Source: Zymomonas mobilis subsp. mobilis ATCC 10988 (GTDB taxonomy: Bacteria; Pseudomonadota; Alphaproteobacteria; Sphingomonadales; Sphingomonadaceae). Taken from it: 32,000 nt of DNA. The notes under the pieces were generated by a model. The model was given only the letters and a program-made list of their open reading frames with translations. It did no database searches and had not been told where the DNA came from. Below are positions 9,563 to 19,096 of the stretch, one piece after another; position 1 is the stretch's first letter; every line of letters starts with the position of its first letter. The stretch spans positions 60,001 through 92,000 of the forward strand of contig NC_017262.1 of NCBI RefSeq assembly GCF_000175255.2. Reading direction: 5' to 3'. The position numbers and the translations under genes were made by a program.

Positions 9563-10997
9563 AACACGCTCTTTCTTCGCCCAATTCCGGCATATATGGG
9601 CGATAACAACAGGCTTCGGCTTGGTCATGTCGGCGGCGTCCTATGCAGCAACCACGGATACTAGCGACCTTCTTCAAAAAGGCGAATATCTAGCCAAAGC
9701 AGCGGATTGCGTCGCTTGTCATACCGCCCCTAATGGCAAGGCTTTTGCAGGTGGCCTTGCGATCACTTCACCTATGGGGGACATCCTTTCAACCAATATC
9801 ACACCGGATAATGAAACCGGCATAGGTCACTATAGCGAAGATGATTTTGCCCGTGCGTTGCAACGCGGTATCCGAAAAGACGGTGGCCATCTTTATCCGG
9901 CCATGCCCTATACGGCTTATGCTGGCCTTAACAAGGCAGACATCCACGCACTTTATCTCTATTTTATGAAATCGGTTACGCCGGTTTTACAAAAGAACCA
10001 GCCGACAAAACTGGACTTTCCTTTCAATATCCGCGCTTTGATGATGGGCTGGAATCTTCTGTTCTTGAATGACAAGCCTGCCAAAACTGATTTCGAGCAT
10101 TTGTCTGGTTTAGAAAGAGGCCGCTATCTCGCAGATACGCTTGAACATTGCAGCACCTGCCATTCGCCTCGCAATTTTTTGATGGCTGAAAAAAAATCCG
10201 GTTATCTCGGTGGCAGCCCTCTAGGGGGATGGTATGCGCCCAATATCACCTCCAGCCTGAATAGCGGCATCGGTCATTGGAGCGAAGAAGAGCTAGTCAC
10301 TTATTTCAAAACCGGAAAAGTCACTGGAAAAGCACGGGCAGGGGGCGGCATGGCCGAAGCTGTCAGCAACAGCCTAAGTCATCTCAGCGATCAAGATTTG
10401 CACGATCTGGCGCGCTATATCAAACAGGTTCCCGCTATCAATGATCGCCATGATTCACGTCCACGCGATCAATATAGCGCCCCTGTAGTGACAACTGATC
10501 TTAGAAGTGGCGAAACCATTCGGGTTGATCGCCCGATAGCTATGGATGGTGCTGCGGTTTATGACAATAACTGCGCCAGTTGTCATGGCGGTGATGGCAA
10601 TGGCAGCCCCGATCAGCATATTCCTTCTTTATATAACAATAGCGTGATCGGATCAGCTCAAGCCAATAATCTGGTGATGACTATTCTAAACGGCGTGCAG
10701 CGTAAAATAGACGGGCAGGAAGTGTTTATGCCTTCTTTTGGGGATAAATCACTGGTGCAGCACCTCTCCGATAAAGACATCGCCAGCCTTGCCAATTATG
10801 TTACCGGACGTTTTGGACGGGGTGATGCCCATTTAAAAGCGGCCGATATTGCAACCATTCGGCAAGGCGGCGCAAAACCATTTTTGGTTCGCTATATTTC
10901 GGTGCTGATGCTGACAGGCGGCTTGGGCTTCCTGCTTGTTCTTTCGCTCATTTACCGTTTTTTCAAAAAAACAGACAGGAAAAGCGCGCAGAGCTGA
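9555..10997 (+). CDS. Membrane-anchored tri-haem cytochrome c subunit of the dehydrogenase
   Basis: Three CxxCH motifs (CVACH, CSTCH, CASCH), signal peptide and C-terminal TM helix. 8-nt overlap with the upstream gene. Confidence 0.92.
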   Translation: MAKTRSFFAQFRHIWAITTGFGLVMSAASYAATTDTSDLLQKGEYLAKAADCVACHTAPNGKAFAGGLAITSPMGDILSTNITPDNETGIGHYSEDDFARALQRGIRKDGGHLYPAMPYTAYAGLNKADIHALYLYFMKSVTPVLQKNQPTKLDFPFNIRALMMGWNLLFLNDKPAKTDFEHLSGLERGRYLADTLEHCSTCHSPRNFLMAEKKSGYLGGSPLGGWYAPNITSSLNSGIGHWSEEELVTYFKTGKVTGKARAGGGMAEAVSNSLSHLSDQDLHDLARYIKQVPAINDRHDSRPRDQYSAPVVTTDLRSGETIRVDRPIAMDGAAVYDNNCASCHGGDGNGSPDQHIPSLYNNSVIGSAQANNLVMTILNGVQRKIDGQEVFMPSFGDKSLVQHLSDKDIASLANYVTGRFGRGDAHLKAADIATIRQGGAKPFLVRYISVLMLTGGLGFLLVLSLIYRFFKKTDRKSAQS

Positions 10998-11010
10998 CAG
11001 GTCGCTGACG

Positions 11011-11032
11011 GGAAGACGCCTAGGCGTCTTCC
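11011..11032. terminator. Perfect 22-bp palindrome between convergent genes, possible terminator
   Basis: GGAAGACGCCTAGGCGTCTTCC followed by TTCTCTGCC. It overlaps the stop codon of the LacI-type gene. Confidence 0.4.
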
Positions 11033-12144
11033 TTCTCTGCCACATTAGCTAGAAAGGGCGGGCCCGCAGAATCTCGAATAATCAAGGCATGATCGAGTTC
11101 GACATTCCTGATTTCTTCGGTATTCCAACCATTTTCCAACAGATTAAGGATAATATCGGTCGCGGTATAAGCCATGGCCGATATCGGCTGGCGCATCGTT
11201 GTAATCCGTGGCCAAACAATAGAAGCCAGCTGACTATCATCGAAACCAACTACCGATAATTGACGCGGCACTGCAATCCCATGCTCATGGGCAGCCTGAA
11301 CAATACCGGCGGCCATGTCGTCATTGGATGAAAAGACGGCAGTTGGTCGTGGGTTCAGGGCAAATATTTTCCGTGCTGCTTCCAAACCACTGGCGAAACG
11401 GAAATCACCCGCAATCACCAGATCGGGATCAATCGGGATACCGGCGCTTTGCAAAGCATAACAATAGCCTTCAAAACGGGCGTTACTGGCCGGATGGACT
11501 GGATTGCCTCGTAAAAAAGCAATCCGTCGATGCCCCAGACCTAACAGATAACGGGTCATCTCTCTGGCGGCGATCATATCCTTGATGGCGACACAAGGCG
11601 AACCGGGGCGTGGCTCGGTGCCTGCCACGCGGACATAGGGAACGCCGCTTTGATCCAATTCATCCATAATTTCGGGATCATTGGACAAAGGCGGGGTTAA
11701 AATCACACCGGCCAGACCAGAACTGCGAATAATGGCAATCATTTTGCCATGAAATTCTTTGAAATTTTCAACCGGAAACATCAACAGACGATAAGGCTCG
11801 CCGCGTAAACGGTCTAAAGCACCGGTCTGGATATTAACGACATAATTCGGACTTGGGTTTTCGTAAAACAGGCCGATCATATAAGATTGGCGACCTGCCA
11901 GACTTCTTGCGGCCATATTGGGATGATAATTCAGTTTATGGGCTGCTTGTAAAACCCGTTCACGCATTTCCGGCCTGACATTGGGTTCGTTATTCAAAAC
12001 GCGTGACACGGTTTTGATCGAAGCCCCCGACATGGCGGCTACATCACGGATAGTAACCATTGGCATCCGTTTACAGGTGCCAGAGGCAGAATCTGTGGTT
12101 TTTGCAGCTTGGTAAACGCTGTCATTTTTAGAGCGGGAAGTCAC
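11020..12144 (-). CDS. LacI-family transcriptional regulator
   Basis: MVTIRDVAAMSGASIKTVSRVLNNEPNVRPEMRERVLQAAHKLNYHPNMAARSL is a canonical LacI HTH. The true start is probably one of the internal Met codons just before VTIRDVAA (about 12060-12070) rather than 12144. Confidence 0.9.
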   Translation of the reverse strand: MTSRSKNDSVYQAAKTTDSASGTCKRMPMVTIRDVAAMSGASIKTVSRVLNNEPNVRPEMRERVLQAAHKLNYHPNMAARSLAGRQSYMIGLFYENPSPNYVVNIQTGALDRLRGEPYRLLMFPVENFKEFHGKMIAIIRSSGLAGVILTPPLSNDPEIMDELDQSGVPYVRVAGTEPRPGSPCVAIKDMIAAREMTRYLLGLGHRRIAFLRGNPVHPASNARFEGYCYALQSAGIPIDPDLVIAGDFRFASGLEAARKIFALNPRPTAVFSSNDDMAAGIVQAAHEHGIAVPRQLSVVGFDDSQLASIVWPRITTMRQPISAMAYTATDIILNLLENGWNTEEIRNVELDHALIIRDSAGPPFLANVAEKEDA

Positions 12145-12700
12145 AATAAATTATCCTTCCGCATCACTTTTTGGGTTTCAAGGGCAATATTTTGACAAAA
12201 AAGAGCAAAACTTTTAAGAAACACCTGAATGATGCAGTTGTAAAAGCTAGATTTCAACAATTATCCCGTTATTTTCATTTTATATGTGTTAATCGGTTAA
12301 CAAACATTTATATTTAATTTTTAGCTTTTGGCGAGAGAGAAAATCAATAGAAAGAAAATAACACTATTCAACCCTGTTTTTTAATATCATTCCGGTCACG
12401 GATTTCAGACAAAAATATTCATCGAGAATGCCGTCTTGTCTGAATAAAGAAAGCTGAATATAGCCTTCCATGATTTTCAAAAACAGAATAAAGGCAATCT
12501 CCCCTCTTGCCAAGCGCGCCTATGCCCCGCTAGGGGCATGAATGTTATTTATAGATAAGCCCGCCTTCGTTTTTTCCGTCCCGCAAAAACGGACAAAAGA
12601 AACAGCAGACGGTTTTGCTTGTGTTCAGATTTTTTTCGGATTGTCTTACTTTTCAGGAAAATGCAAGACTCCGGTTCTTAGTGAAGTGAAAGGTTAAAAA

Positions 12701-12937
12701 ATGAGCGATACTGCAGAGCGCATCAAGAAGATTGTTGTCGAACATCTCGGCGTTGAACCCGACAAAGTTGTTGAAAATGCCAGCTTCCTTGACGATCTGG
12801 GTGCCGACAGCCTCGACATCATCGAATTGGTTATGGCTTTCGAAGAAGAATTCGGCGTTGAAATTCCTGACGATTCCGTAGAAAAAATCGGTACGGTCAA
12901 AGATGCCGTCAGCTATATCGACGAGCACAAGGCTTAA
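12701..12937 (+). CDS. acpP: Acyl carrier protein
   Basis: 78-aa ORF with the [23 protein letters not shown] phosphopantetheine motif, immediately upstream of fabF. Confidence 0.98.
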   Translation: MSDTAERIKKIVVEHLGVEPDKVVENASFLDDLGADSLDIIELVMAFEEEFGVEIPDDSVEKIGTVKDAVSYIDEHKA

Positions 12938-12945
12938 TTAATCCT

Positions 12946-12983
12946 AAAAACAGGATCGGCGTTTATCCTCCGATCCTGTTTTT
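12946..12983 (+). terminator. Rho-independent terminator after acpP
   Basis: AAAAACAGGATCGG cgtttatcct CCGATCCTGTTTTT. Confidence 0.85.
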
Positions 12984-13126
12984 ATCTCTGTTTATTCTAT
13001 TATCTTTTGCCTCTACCTTCTATTAAGAATAAAATTGTCTATATTCACGTCTTGTCTTAAGAAATCGAAGGAGGGGTGTCATGCGGCATAATGCTGAAGG
13101 CATTCTGTCAAGGGGAGAAAAGTAAT

Positions 13127-14389
13127 ATGCGTCGTGTAGTCGCTACCGGCTTGGGAATGGTGACTTCGCTGGGTGGCGATGTCGAAACAACATGGTCGAA
13201 TATTCTGGCCTCAAAGTCCGGTGCTGGGCGTATCACGCGTTTCGATCCGGAAGGTTTTGCTTGTACGGTTGCTTGTGAAGTTAAACCGGCCGACCATGAA
13301 TATGGCTTTGATCCGTCCAAACGCGTTGACAGCAAGACGATAAGACAGGTCGAACCCTTCATTATCTATGGCATTGATGCCGCTGGACAGGCTTTGGAAG
13401 ATGCCGGTCTCATGGATATGAGCGAAGAAGAAAAACTCAGAACGGGTCTTTCTATCGGCGCTGGTATCGGTGGTTTACCCCGTATCGAAAAAGAATCCAT
13501 CATCTGCCATGAAAAAGGGCCCCGCCGCGTTTCGCCTCATTTCGTGCATGCCAGCCTTATCAATCTGACGGCTGGACAGGTTTCTATCCGCTATGGCCTG
13601 AAAGGGCCTAACCACGCTGTCGTCACGGCTTGCTCTTCCGGTTGTCATTCCATTGGCGATGCCAGCTGGATGATTCGCATGGGCTATGCCGATGTGATGG
13701 TTGCAGGGGGTTCTGAATCGGCTATTTGCCCTCTCGGTATCGCCGGATTCTCACAGGCACATGCTCTTTCAACGGGGCATAACGACACGCCCGAAAAAGC
13801 TTCCCGTCCATATGACAAAGGCCGCGACGGTTTTGTCATGGGTGATGGTGCCGGTATTATTATTCTCGAAGAATATGAACATGCCAAGGCACGTGGAGCC
13901 AAAATTTACGGCGAAATTATCGGCTATGGCATGACGGGTGATGCGTATCATGTGACCGCTCCCCAGCCAGATGGTGATGGTGCCTATCGCTCCATGAAAA
14001 TGGCGCTTGAGCAGGCCAATCTTACCACCGCTGATATTGATTATATCAATGCACATGGCACCTCGACGCCCATGGGCGATGAAATCGAAGCCAACGCCGT
14101 TCGCCGGTTGTTTGGGGATGACATTAAAAATATGTCAATGAGTTCAACGAAATCTGCCATCGGCCATTTATTGGGCGGTGCAGGGGCTGTTGAAACGATT
14201 TTCTGCCTGTTGGCGATGCGTGATCAGATTGCGCCTCCGACCATCAACCTCGAAAATCCGAGCGATGGCTTAGCTGGCTTTGATCTGGTGCCCAATGTTC
14301 CAAAAAAACGCTCAATCAAGGCCGTTTTGAATAACAGCTTTGGTTTTGGTGGAACCAATGCCAGCTTGATCTTCAAAGCTGTAGACTAA
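13127..14389 (+). CDS. fabF: Beta-ketoacyl-ACP synthase II
   Basis: MRRVVATGLGMVTSLG..., active-site region VVTACSSGCHSIGDA, NAHGTSTPMGD, SFGFGGTNASLIF. ATG at 13127 has a preceding AGGGGAGA. The track start at 13076 is probably too early. Confidence 0.95.
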   Translation: MRRVVATGLGMVTSLGGDVETTWSNILASKSGAGRITRFDPEGFACTVACEVKPADHEYGFDPSKRVDSKTIRQVEPFIIYGIDAAGQALEDAGLMDMSEEEKLRTGLSIGAGIGGLPRIEKESIICHEKGPRRVSPHFVHASLINLTAGQVSIRYGLKGPNHAVVTACSSGCHSIGDASWMIRMGYADVMVAGGSESAICPLGIAGFSQAHALSTGHNDTPEKASRPYDKGRDGFVMGDGAGIIILEEYEHAKARGAKIYGEIIGYGMTGDAYHVTAPQPDGDGAYRSMKMALEQANLTTADIDYINAHGTSTPMGDEIEANAVRRLFGDDIKNMSMSSTKSAIGHLLGGAGAVETIFCLLAMRDQIAPPTINLENPSDGLAGFDLVPNVPKKRSIKAVLNNSFGFGGTNASLIFKAVD

Positions 14390-14392
14390 ATT

Positions 14393-15394
14393 ATGTGCCG
14401 CCTTTTTCACCGGCAAGACAGAATGAGCGGACAAAAGCCGCCCAGCCGTTGGCTTGGTCGCTTGCTTCTCTTTCTGTTACTTGCTCTGGTGTTTCTAGGC
14501 GGCATTGCTTTTAATCGGGCAATGGTGACCCCCAATAACAAAGAATTGGTCGTCACCATCCCCGAAGGCAGTTCTTTTGGTAAAGCAGCCCGCATCTTAA
14601 AAGAGGCAGGCGTTATCCGCTCTGAGAATGTCTTTTTGTGGCTGCTTCATAGCAAACCTGCTTTTATGTTACGGGCAGGGGATTACCGTATCGGTGCATC
14701 TCGTTCTCTAAGTCAGGTCATAGACCTTCTTTCTCATGGGCCCAATGTGCGGCATATCTTTGTCGTTCCAGAAGGGATGCCTTCTTTGGAAGTGCATGAC
14801 CGACTGATGGCAGAACCCCTTTTGACGGGGGAAATCGCTGTTCCCGAAGAAGGCAGCTTACTACCAGACGGTTATTCTTTTACGCCGGGTGAAAAACGGT
14901 CGCTTGTGATCGCCAGAATGCAGGCTGCAATGCAGAAAATGCTTCATAAATTATGGAGCGAAAAATCACCTTTGGCACAGGTTAAAACGCCTAAGGAAGC
15001 GATTATTCTCGCCTCTATTGTTGAAAAAGAAACGGCGCTTCCTGAAGAACGCCCGATTGTCGCGGCAGTCTATTATAATCGCCTTGCCAAAAATATGCGG
15101 TTACAAGCTGATCCGACTATCATTTATCCGATTACGCACGGCTATCCTTTGGGGCATCCTATCTTGCGTTCGGAATTACAGGCGCATAACGATTACAATA
15201 CCTATCAGATGACTGGCCTTCCTAAGGGAGCCATCACCAATCCGGGGCGGCAGTCTATTGAAGCTGTTTTGCATCCCGCCAAAAGCGAAGCGCTCTATTT
15301 TGTAGCAAATGGCAGAGGCGGCCATATCTTTTCCAATAATTTGGAAGATCAAAACCGTCATGTCCGCGACTATTACGCTTCAAAGAAAAACTGA
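14393..15394 (+). CDS. mltG: Endolytic murein transglycosylase (YceG family)
   Basis: N-terminal TM, ILASIVEKETALPEERPIVAAVYYNRLAKNMRLQADPTIIYPI and LPKGAITNPGRQSIEAVLHPA are MltG signatures. Confidence 0.95.
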   Translation: MCRLFHRQDRMSGQKPPSRWLGRLLLFLLLALVFLGGIAFNRAMVTPNNKELVVTIPEGSSFGKAARILKEAGVIRSENVFLWLLHSKPAFMLRAGDYRIGASRSLSQVIDLLSHGPNVRHIFVVPEGMPSLEVHDRLMAEPLLTGEIAVPEEGSLLPDGYSFTPGEKRSLVIARMQAAMQKMLHKLWSEKSPLAQVKTPKEAIILASIVEKETALPEERPIVAAVYYNRLAKNMRLQADPTIIYPITHGYPLGHPILRSELQAHNDYNTYQMTGLPKGAITNPGRQSIEAVLHPAKSEALYFVANGRGGHIFSNNLEDQNRHVRDYYASKKN

Positions 15395-15536
15395 TTTCTC
15401 CGATTACTTAATTCTTTCGAAAACCCGAAAAAACAATCTCTTGATTTCGTCTTTTCGCCGCAGATTTTTTGAAAAAATTACCTCAGAAATCTTTTTAAAA
15501 CAGGGTTTTCTTTCGCTATTGCGTAAAAAAGCACAA

Positions 15537-15567
15537 AAAAAAGACGCTATCGAAATAGCGCCTTTTC
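15537..15567. terminator. Probable bidirectional terminator between mltG and the 15599 ORF
   Basis: AAAAAGACGCTAT cgaa ATAGCGCCTTTTCT stem-loop. Confidence 0.6.
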
Positions 15568-15598
15568 TCTACCGAAAACTCTAAAAAAATATTCAGTA

Positions 15599-15838
15599 TT
15601 ATTTCCGAAGGTTTTTCAGCTTTGCCAAACGGCTGGTAATCGGGCGGGTTTCCGCTCCTTTTTTAAGCTGGGCGACAATACCGGAAGATGCCGCTCCCAA
15701 CATCATACCACCCGCTGCCGCCAAGCTCGGCACCAAGGTCGTTGAGACAATGGCCGAGGCCAGACCACGCCGCTGGCGTTTGGCAACACGATGCGCAACG
15801 AAAGAAGCCGCGCTTCCTAAAAGGAGCATTTTACCCAT
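15599..15838 (-). CDS. Small hypothetical protein, probably membrane-associated
   Basis: 79-aa ORF with alanine/glycine-rich hydrophobic stretches and no overlapping gene. Confidence 0.5.
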   Translation of the reverse strand: MGKMLLLGSAASFVAHRVAKRQRRGLASAIVSTTLVPSLAAAGGMMLGAASSGIVAQLKKGAETRPITSRLAKLKNLRK

Positions 15839-15870
15839 AAATCTTATCCCTATTTCTAAAATAGCCGATA

Positions 15871-17109
15871 TCAGGCCGGTTCAATCAAGGTCACACCATA
15901 ACCCGCTTCACGTAAAGCATCGATTAAATGCCGCAAATGAGCCTGATCGCGCGTTTCACATTCAATATCGGCACATAATCCCTTAGCGGGCAGGGTTGTA
16001 AAGATGCGCTGATAAGAAATTTCGACAATATTCGCCTGCTGATCATGAAAAACACGCGCTACTTTGTAAAGCTGACCTGCTTGATCTTTCATTCTGACCC
16101 GCAACCGCGCCAAACGACCAGAACGAGCCAAGTCACGCAACAGAACATTGGCTAACAAGCGGGTGTCGATATTACCGCCAGAAAAGATAATGCCTACCTG
16201 TCTGCCTTGGAATCGTTCGGGATGCGATAGCAACGCCCCCAAACCAGCCGCGCCAGCCCCTTCAACAATCGTCTTTTCAATCTGAACAATCAAAGACAAA
16301 GCATGTTCGATATTGCTTTCACTGACCAGCAAAATATCATCGACCAAGGCTTCAACAAAACGGCGAGTTAACTGCCCGGGAACCTGAACCGCGATCCCTT
16401 CTGCCAGAGTATCCCCACCGCAAGGCAGATTTTTCCCTTTGATATAATCATACATCGAAGGATAAAGCTCGGCTTCGGCACCAATAACATCCAAAGGCCG
16501 ATCTGCGTTTTTGGCAACCACAGCACAGCCTGAAATCAGGCCGCCACCACCCACTGGCACAACCAGAGTGTCAATCGCTGGGGCATCTTCCAACATTTCA
16601 AGAGCAACCGTGCCCTGACCGGCAATAATAGCTGGATCATTGAAAGGATGGACAAAGGTCAGATTGTCTTTTTCAGCCAATTCTAACGCATGGGCAAGGG
16701 ATTCATCGAATTGTTCGCCATAAAGGACGATATTCGCACCATGTCCACGGGTCTGCTCGACTTTTACCGTCGGGGTATGGACAGGCATCACGATCGTGAC
16801 CGGAATATCTAAACGATTCCCGTGATAGGCGAGACCTTGGGCATGATTTCCGGCCGAAGCGGCGATAACCCCTCTTTCGCGGGCAACCTTGTCCAGCGAC
16901 AATAATTTATTTAACGCACCCCGTTCTTTATAGGCGGCGGTAAACTGGAAATTTTCAAATTTCAGCCAGACACCGGCACCAATCAGGTCAGACAAAGTCC
17001 GACTGTAAAGGGTCGGGGTTCTAATAATGGCATTCTTAATGCGTTGATGCGCCTGTTTGATATCATCAAGTGAAACGGGAAGAGTCTCTGGATTATCCAA
17101 GCTTACCAT
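15871..17109 (-). CDS. ilvA: Threonine ammonia-lyase (PLP-dependent, C-terminal ACT domain)
   Basis: KFENFQFTAAYKERGALNKLL PLP lysine motif, ASAGNHAQGLAYHG, VPVGGGGLISG, and ACT-like C-terminus. ilvA versus tdcB-type is not resolvable by eye. Confidence 0.88.
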   Translation of the reverse strand: MVSLDNPETLPVSLDDIKQAHQRIKNAIIRTPTLYSRTLSDLIGAGVWLKFENFQFTAAYKERGALNKLLSLDKVARERGVIAASAGNHAQGLAYHGNRLDIPVTIVMPVHTPTVKVEQTRGHGANIVLYGEQFDESLAHALELAEKDNLTFVHPFNDPAIIAGQGTVALEMLEDAPAIDTLVVPVGGGGLISGCAVVAKNADRPLDVIGAEAELYPSMYDYIKGKNLPCGGDTLAEGIAVQVPGQLTRRFVEALVDDILLVSESNIEHALSLIVQIEKTIVEGAGAAGLGALLSHPERFQGRQVGIIFSGGNIDTRLLANVLLRDLARSGRLARLRVRMKDQAGQLYKVARVFHDQQANIVEISYQRIFTTLPAKGLCADIECETRDQAHLRHLIDALREAGYGVTLIEPA

Positions 17110-17436
17110 GCTTTATCCTGCGTCTGGGCAATAACGTTTTTCCGGCGTTATTACTTTTAATCTAAAACAGATAGTATTCTCTACCTCTATACCCCTACCT
17201 CTTAAAAAAATAGGGTAGATTCTTACATAACAGAAGGCAGGCAAGTTACCGACATAATCTTATTTCACGAAAGTGATCGGGAAATTTATCTCACCGGATG
17301 AAAGATTTCTTTCCGCTATCATCGAAATACCACATCTCAACTTTATTCCTTTTGACGGCTTTTTATCCGGCATAAAATAGAAGAATAGTCTTTTTCAAAA
17401 GAGCCGCTCACCCGAGATATTCAGGAGAAATCTGCG

Positions 17437-19047
17437 TTGAAAATAGTAAAAACGCTGGCATTAATGGCAGGTCTGTCCACTTTTTTCGCTTTACCCGCCT
17501 ATGCTGACGGTCTGATAGATCAGGTTAACGGTATAACATTTGATAATAAAGGGCATCCTTATCGCTTTAACGGCCTCCAGATTGACCGCGAAGGCAAGGT
17601 TGTCAAACTACTCAGTAAAAATGACAAAAGGCCATCTTCGCCTGATTTTTATCTCAATGGGCAAAATAAAACGCTTATTCCTGGCTTTGTTGAGGCACAT
17701 AGCCATGTCATGGCTTTAGGAGAGCAGGCTTTAGAACTGGATCTTTCCGACAGCCATTCCTTGGCGGAAGCGCAAGAAAAACTGAAAAAATTTGCGGATG
17801 AGCATCCTTCTGCTCGCTGGATTTTAGGCAGCGGTTGGAATGAACAAATATGGCATAGCCCGACCATGCCACAGGCCAGCGATATTGATAAAATCGTGAA
17901 TGACCGTCCTGTTTGGTTGTTGCGTTCTGATGGCGATATCGGATGGGCGAATAGTCTCGCTTTGGAAAAAGCCCAAATCAAACCGGCTCAAAATGCAGAT
18001 AAAAGCAGCCCCATCGGTATCCTGACAGGGGATTCTATCACGCGGATGAAACAGGCCATTCCACCGTTACAGCCGGTTGATCGCGATGCTGCTTTTCTAA
18101 AAGCGCAAAAGATATTTCTCGAACGCGGCATTACCACAGTCACGGATATGGGAAGCTCGGTTGACGACTGGAATATTATGCGCCGTATGGGGGATATGGG
18201 GAGGCTGCGCCTACGAATAAAATCCTATGCCCAAGGATTGGAACCCTTACTATCCATCGCCGGCAAATATCCGACAGCTTTATTATATAATGGTCACCTC
18301 TCGATGAGCGGCGTGACCTTCTCGATTGATGGGAATATCGTTTCGCGTCATGCGTGGCTGAAACAAGCTTATGCCGATAGTAATCAGCAAGGCAGCGATA
18401 ATCTTAACGATGCCAAATTACGCAATCTAATGAGCCGCGCCGCGATGGATGGTTTTCAGGTTGCGGTTCAGGCCTCCGGCGATGCTGCCAATAACCAGCT
18501 TTTAAATGCGATTGATGAATTATCCGAAAGCTATAAAGGCGATCGGCGTTGGCGGATGGAAGATGCCAGCCTTATCGACAGCGAAGATTTTAAACGACTG
18601 TCGAAATATGATTTAGTCGTCTCGATGCAGCCTTCCAGCTATTTTACGGATAAATCCGTGATCGAACAGCGGATAGGCGCGAACCGACTTTCAGAAATAG
18701 AGGCATGGGATACTCTGATTGATCACTCAGTTCCGGTGACCTTCGGGGCTATTTCAGCTTCACCCTTTGAAACGATGGCTGATATTCTTGATCGCCAAGA
18801 CAGTCATCCCGATCAAAAAGACAAAAAGATCAATCGCGAAAGCCTTTTCGCCTATTATACCATTCAACCGGCCTATGCCTCTTTTTCGGAAAAGCAGGTT
18901 GGGCGACTAATGGCGGGTTATTATGCTGATTTTATCTTTGTCGATCGTGACCCGCTGACGGTTGATAACAACGCTTTACGCCAGACCAAAATCTTGGAAA
19001 CATGGGTTGGCGGCCGACAAGCATGGTCACAAAATTCTAACAAATAA
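17437..19047 (+). CDS. Exported amidohydrolase-family protein (YtcJ-like)
   Basis: Signal peptide, LIPGFVEAHSHVMALG metal-binding motif, SDGDIGWANSLAL, GVTTV-like ITTVTDMGSS. Confidence 0.85.
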   Translation: MKIVKTLALMAGLSTFFALPAYADGLIDQVNGITFDNKGHPYRFNGLQIDREGKVVKLLSKNDKRPSSPDFYLNGQNKTLIPGFVEAHSHVMALGEQALELDLSDSHSLAEAQEKLKKFADEHPSARWILGSGWNEQIWHSPTMPQASDIDKIVNDRPVWLLRSDGDIGWANSLALEKAQIKPAQNADKSSPIGILTGDSITRMKQAIPPLQPVDRDAAFLKAQKIFLERGITTVTDMGSSVDDWNIMRRMGDMGRLRLRIKSYAQGLEPLLSIAGKYPTALLYNGHLSMSGVTFSIDGNIVSRHAWLKQAYADSNQQGSDNLNDAKLRNLMSRAAMDGFQVAVQASGDAANNQLLNAIDELSESYKGDRRWRMEDASLIDSEDFKRLSKYDLVVSMQPSSYFTDKSVIEQRIGANRLSEIEAWDTLIDHSVPVTFGAISASPFETMADILDRQDSHPDQKDKKINRESLFAYYTIQPAYASFSEKQVGRLMAGYYADFIFVDRDPLTVDNNALRQTKILETWVGGRQAWSQNSNK

Positions 19048-19056
19048 AAGGCAAGG

Positions 19057-19083
19057 ATGCTGCCAATATCAAATTGGCAGCAT
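19057..19083. terminator. Stem-loop between convergent genes
   Basis: ATGCTGCCAAT atcaa ATTGGCAGCAT, 11-bp perfect stem. The following T-tract is weak. Confidence 0.45.
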
Positions 19084-19096
19084 ATCTTTACAGGCT

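Noticed and set aside
15309-15584. 91-aa ORF after mltG
   Set aside because: It overlaps the mltG end, is low-complexity (K/F-rich) and runs through the terminator hairpin.
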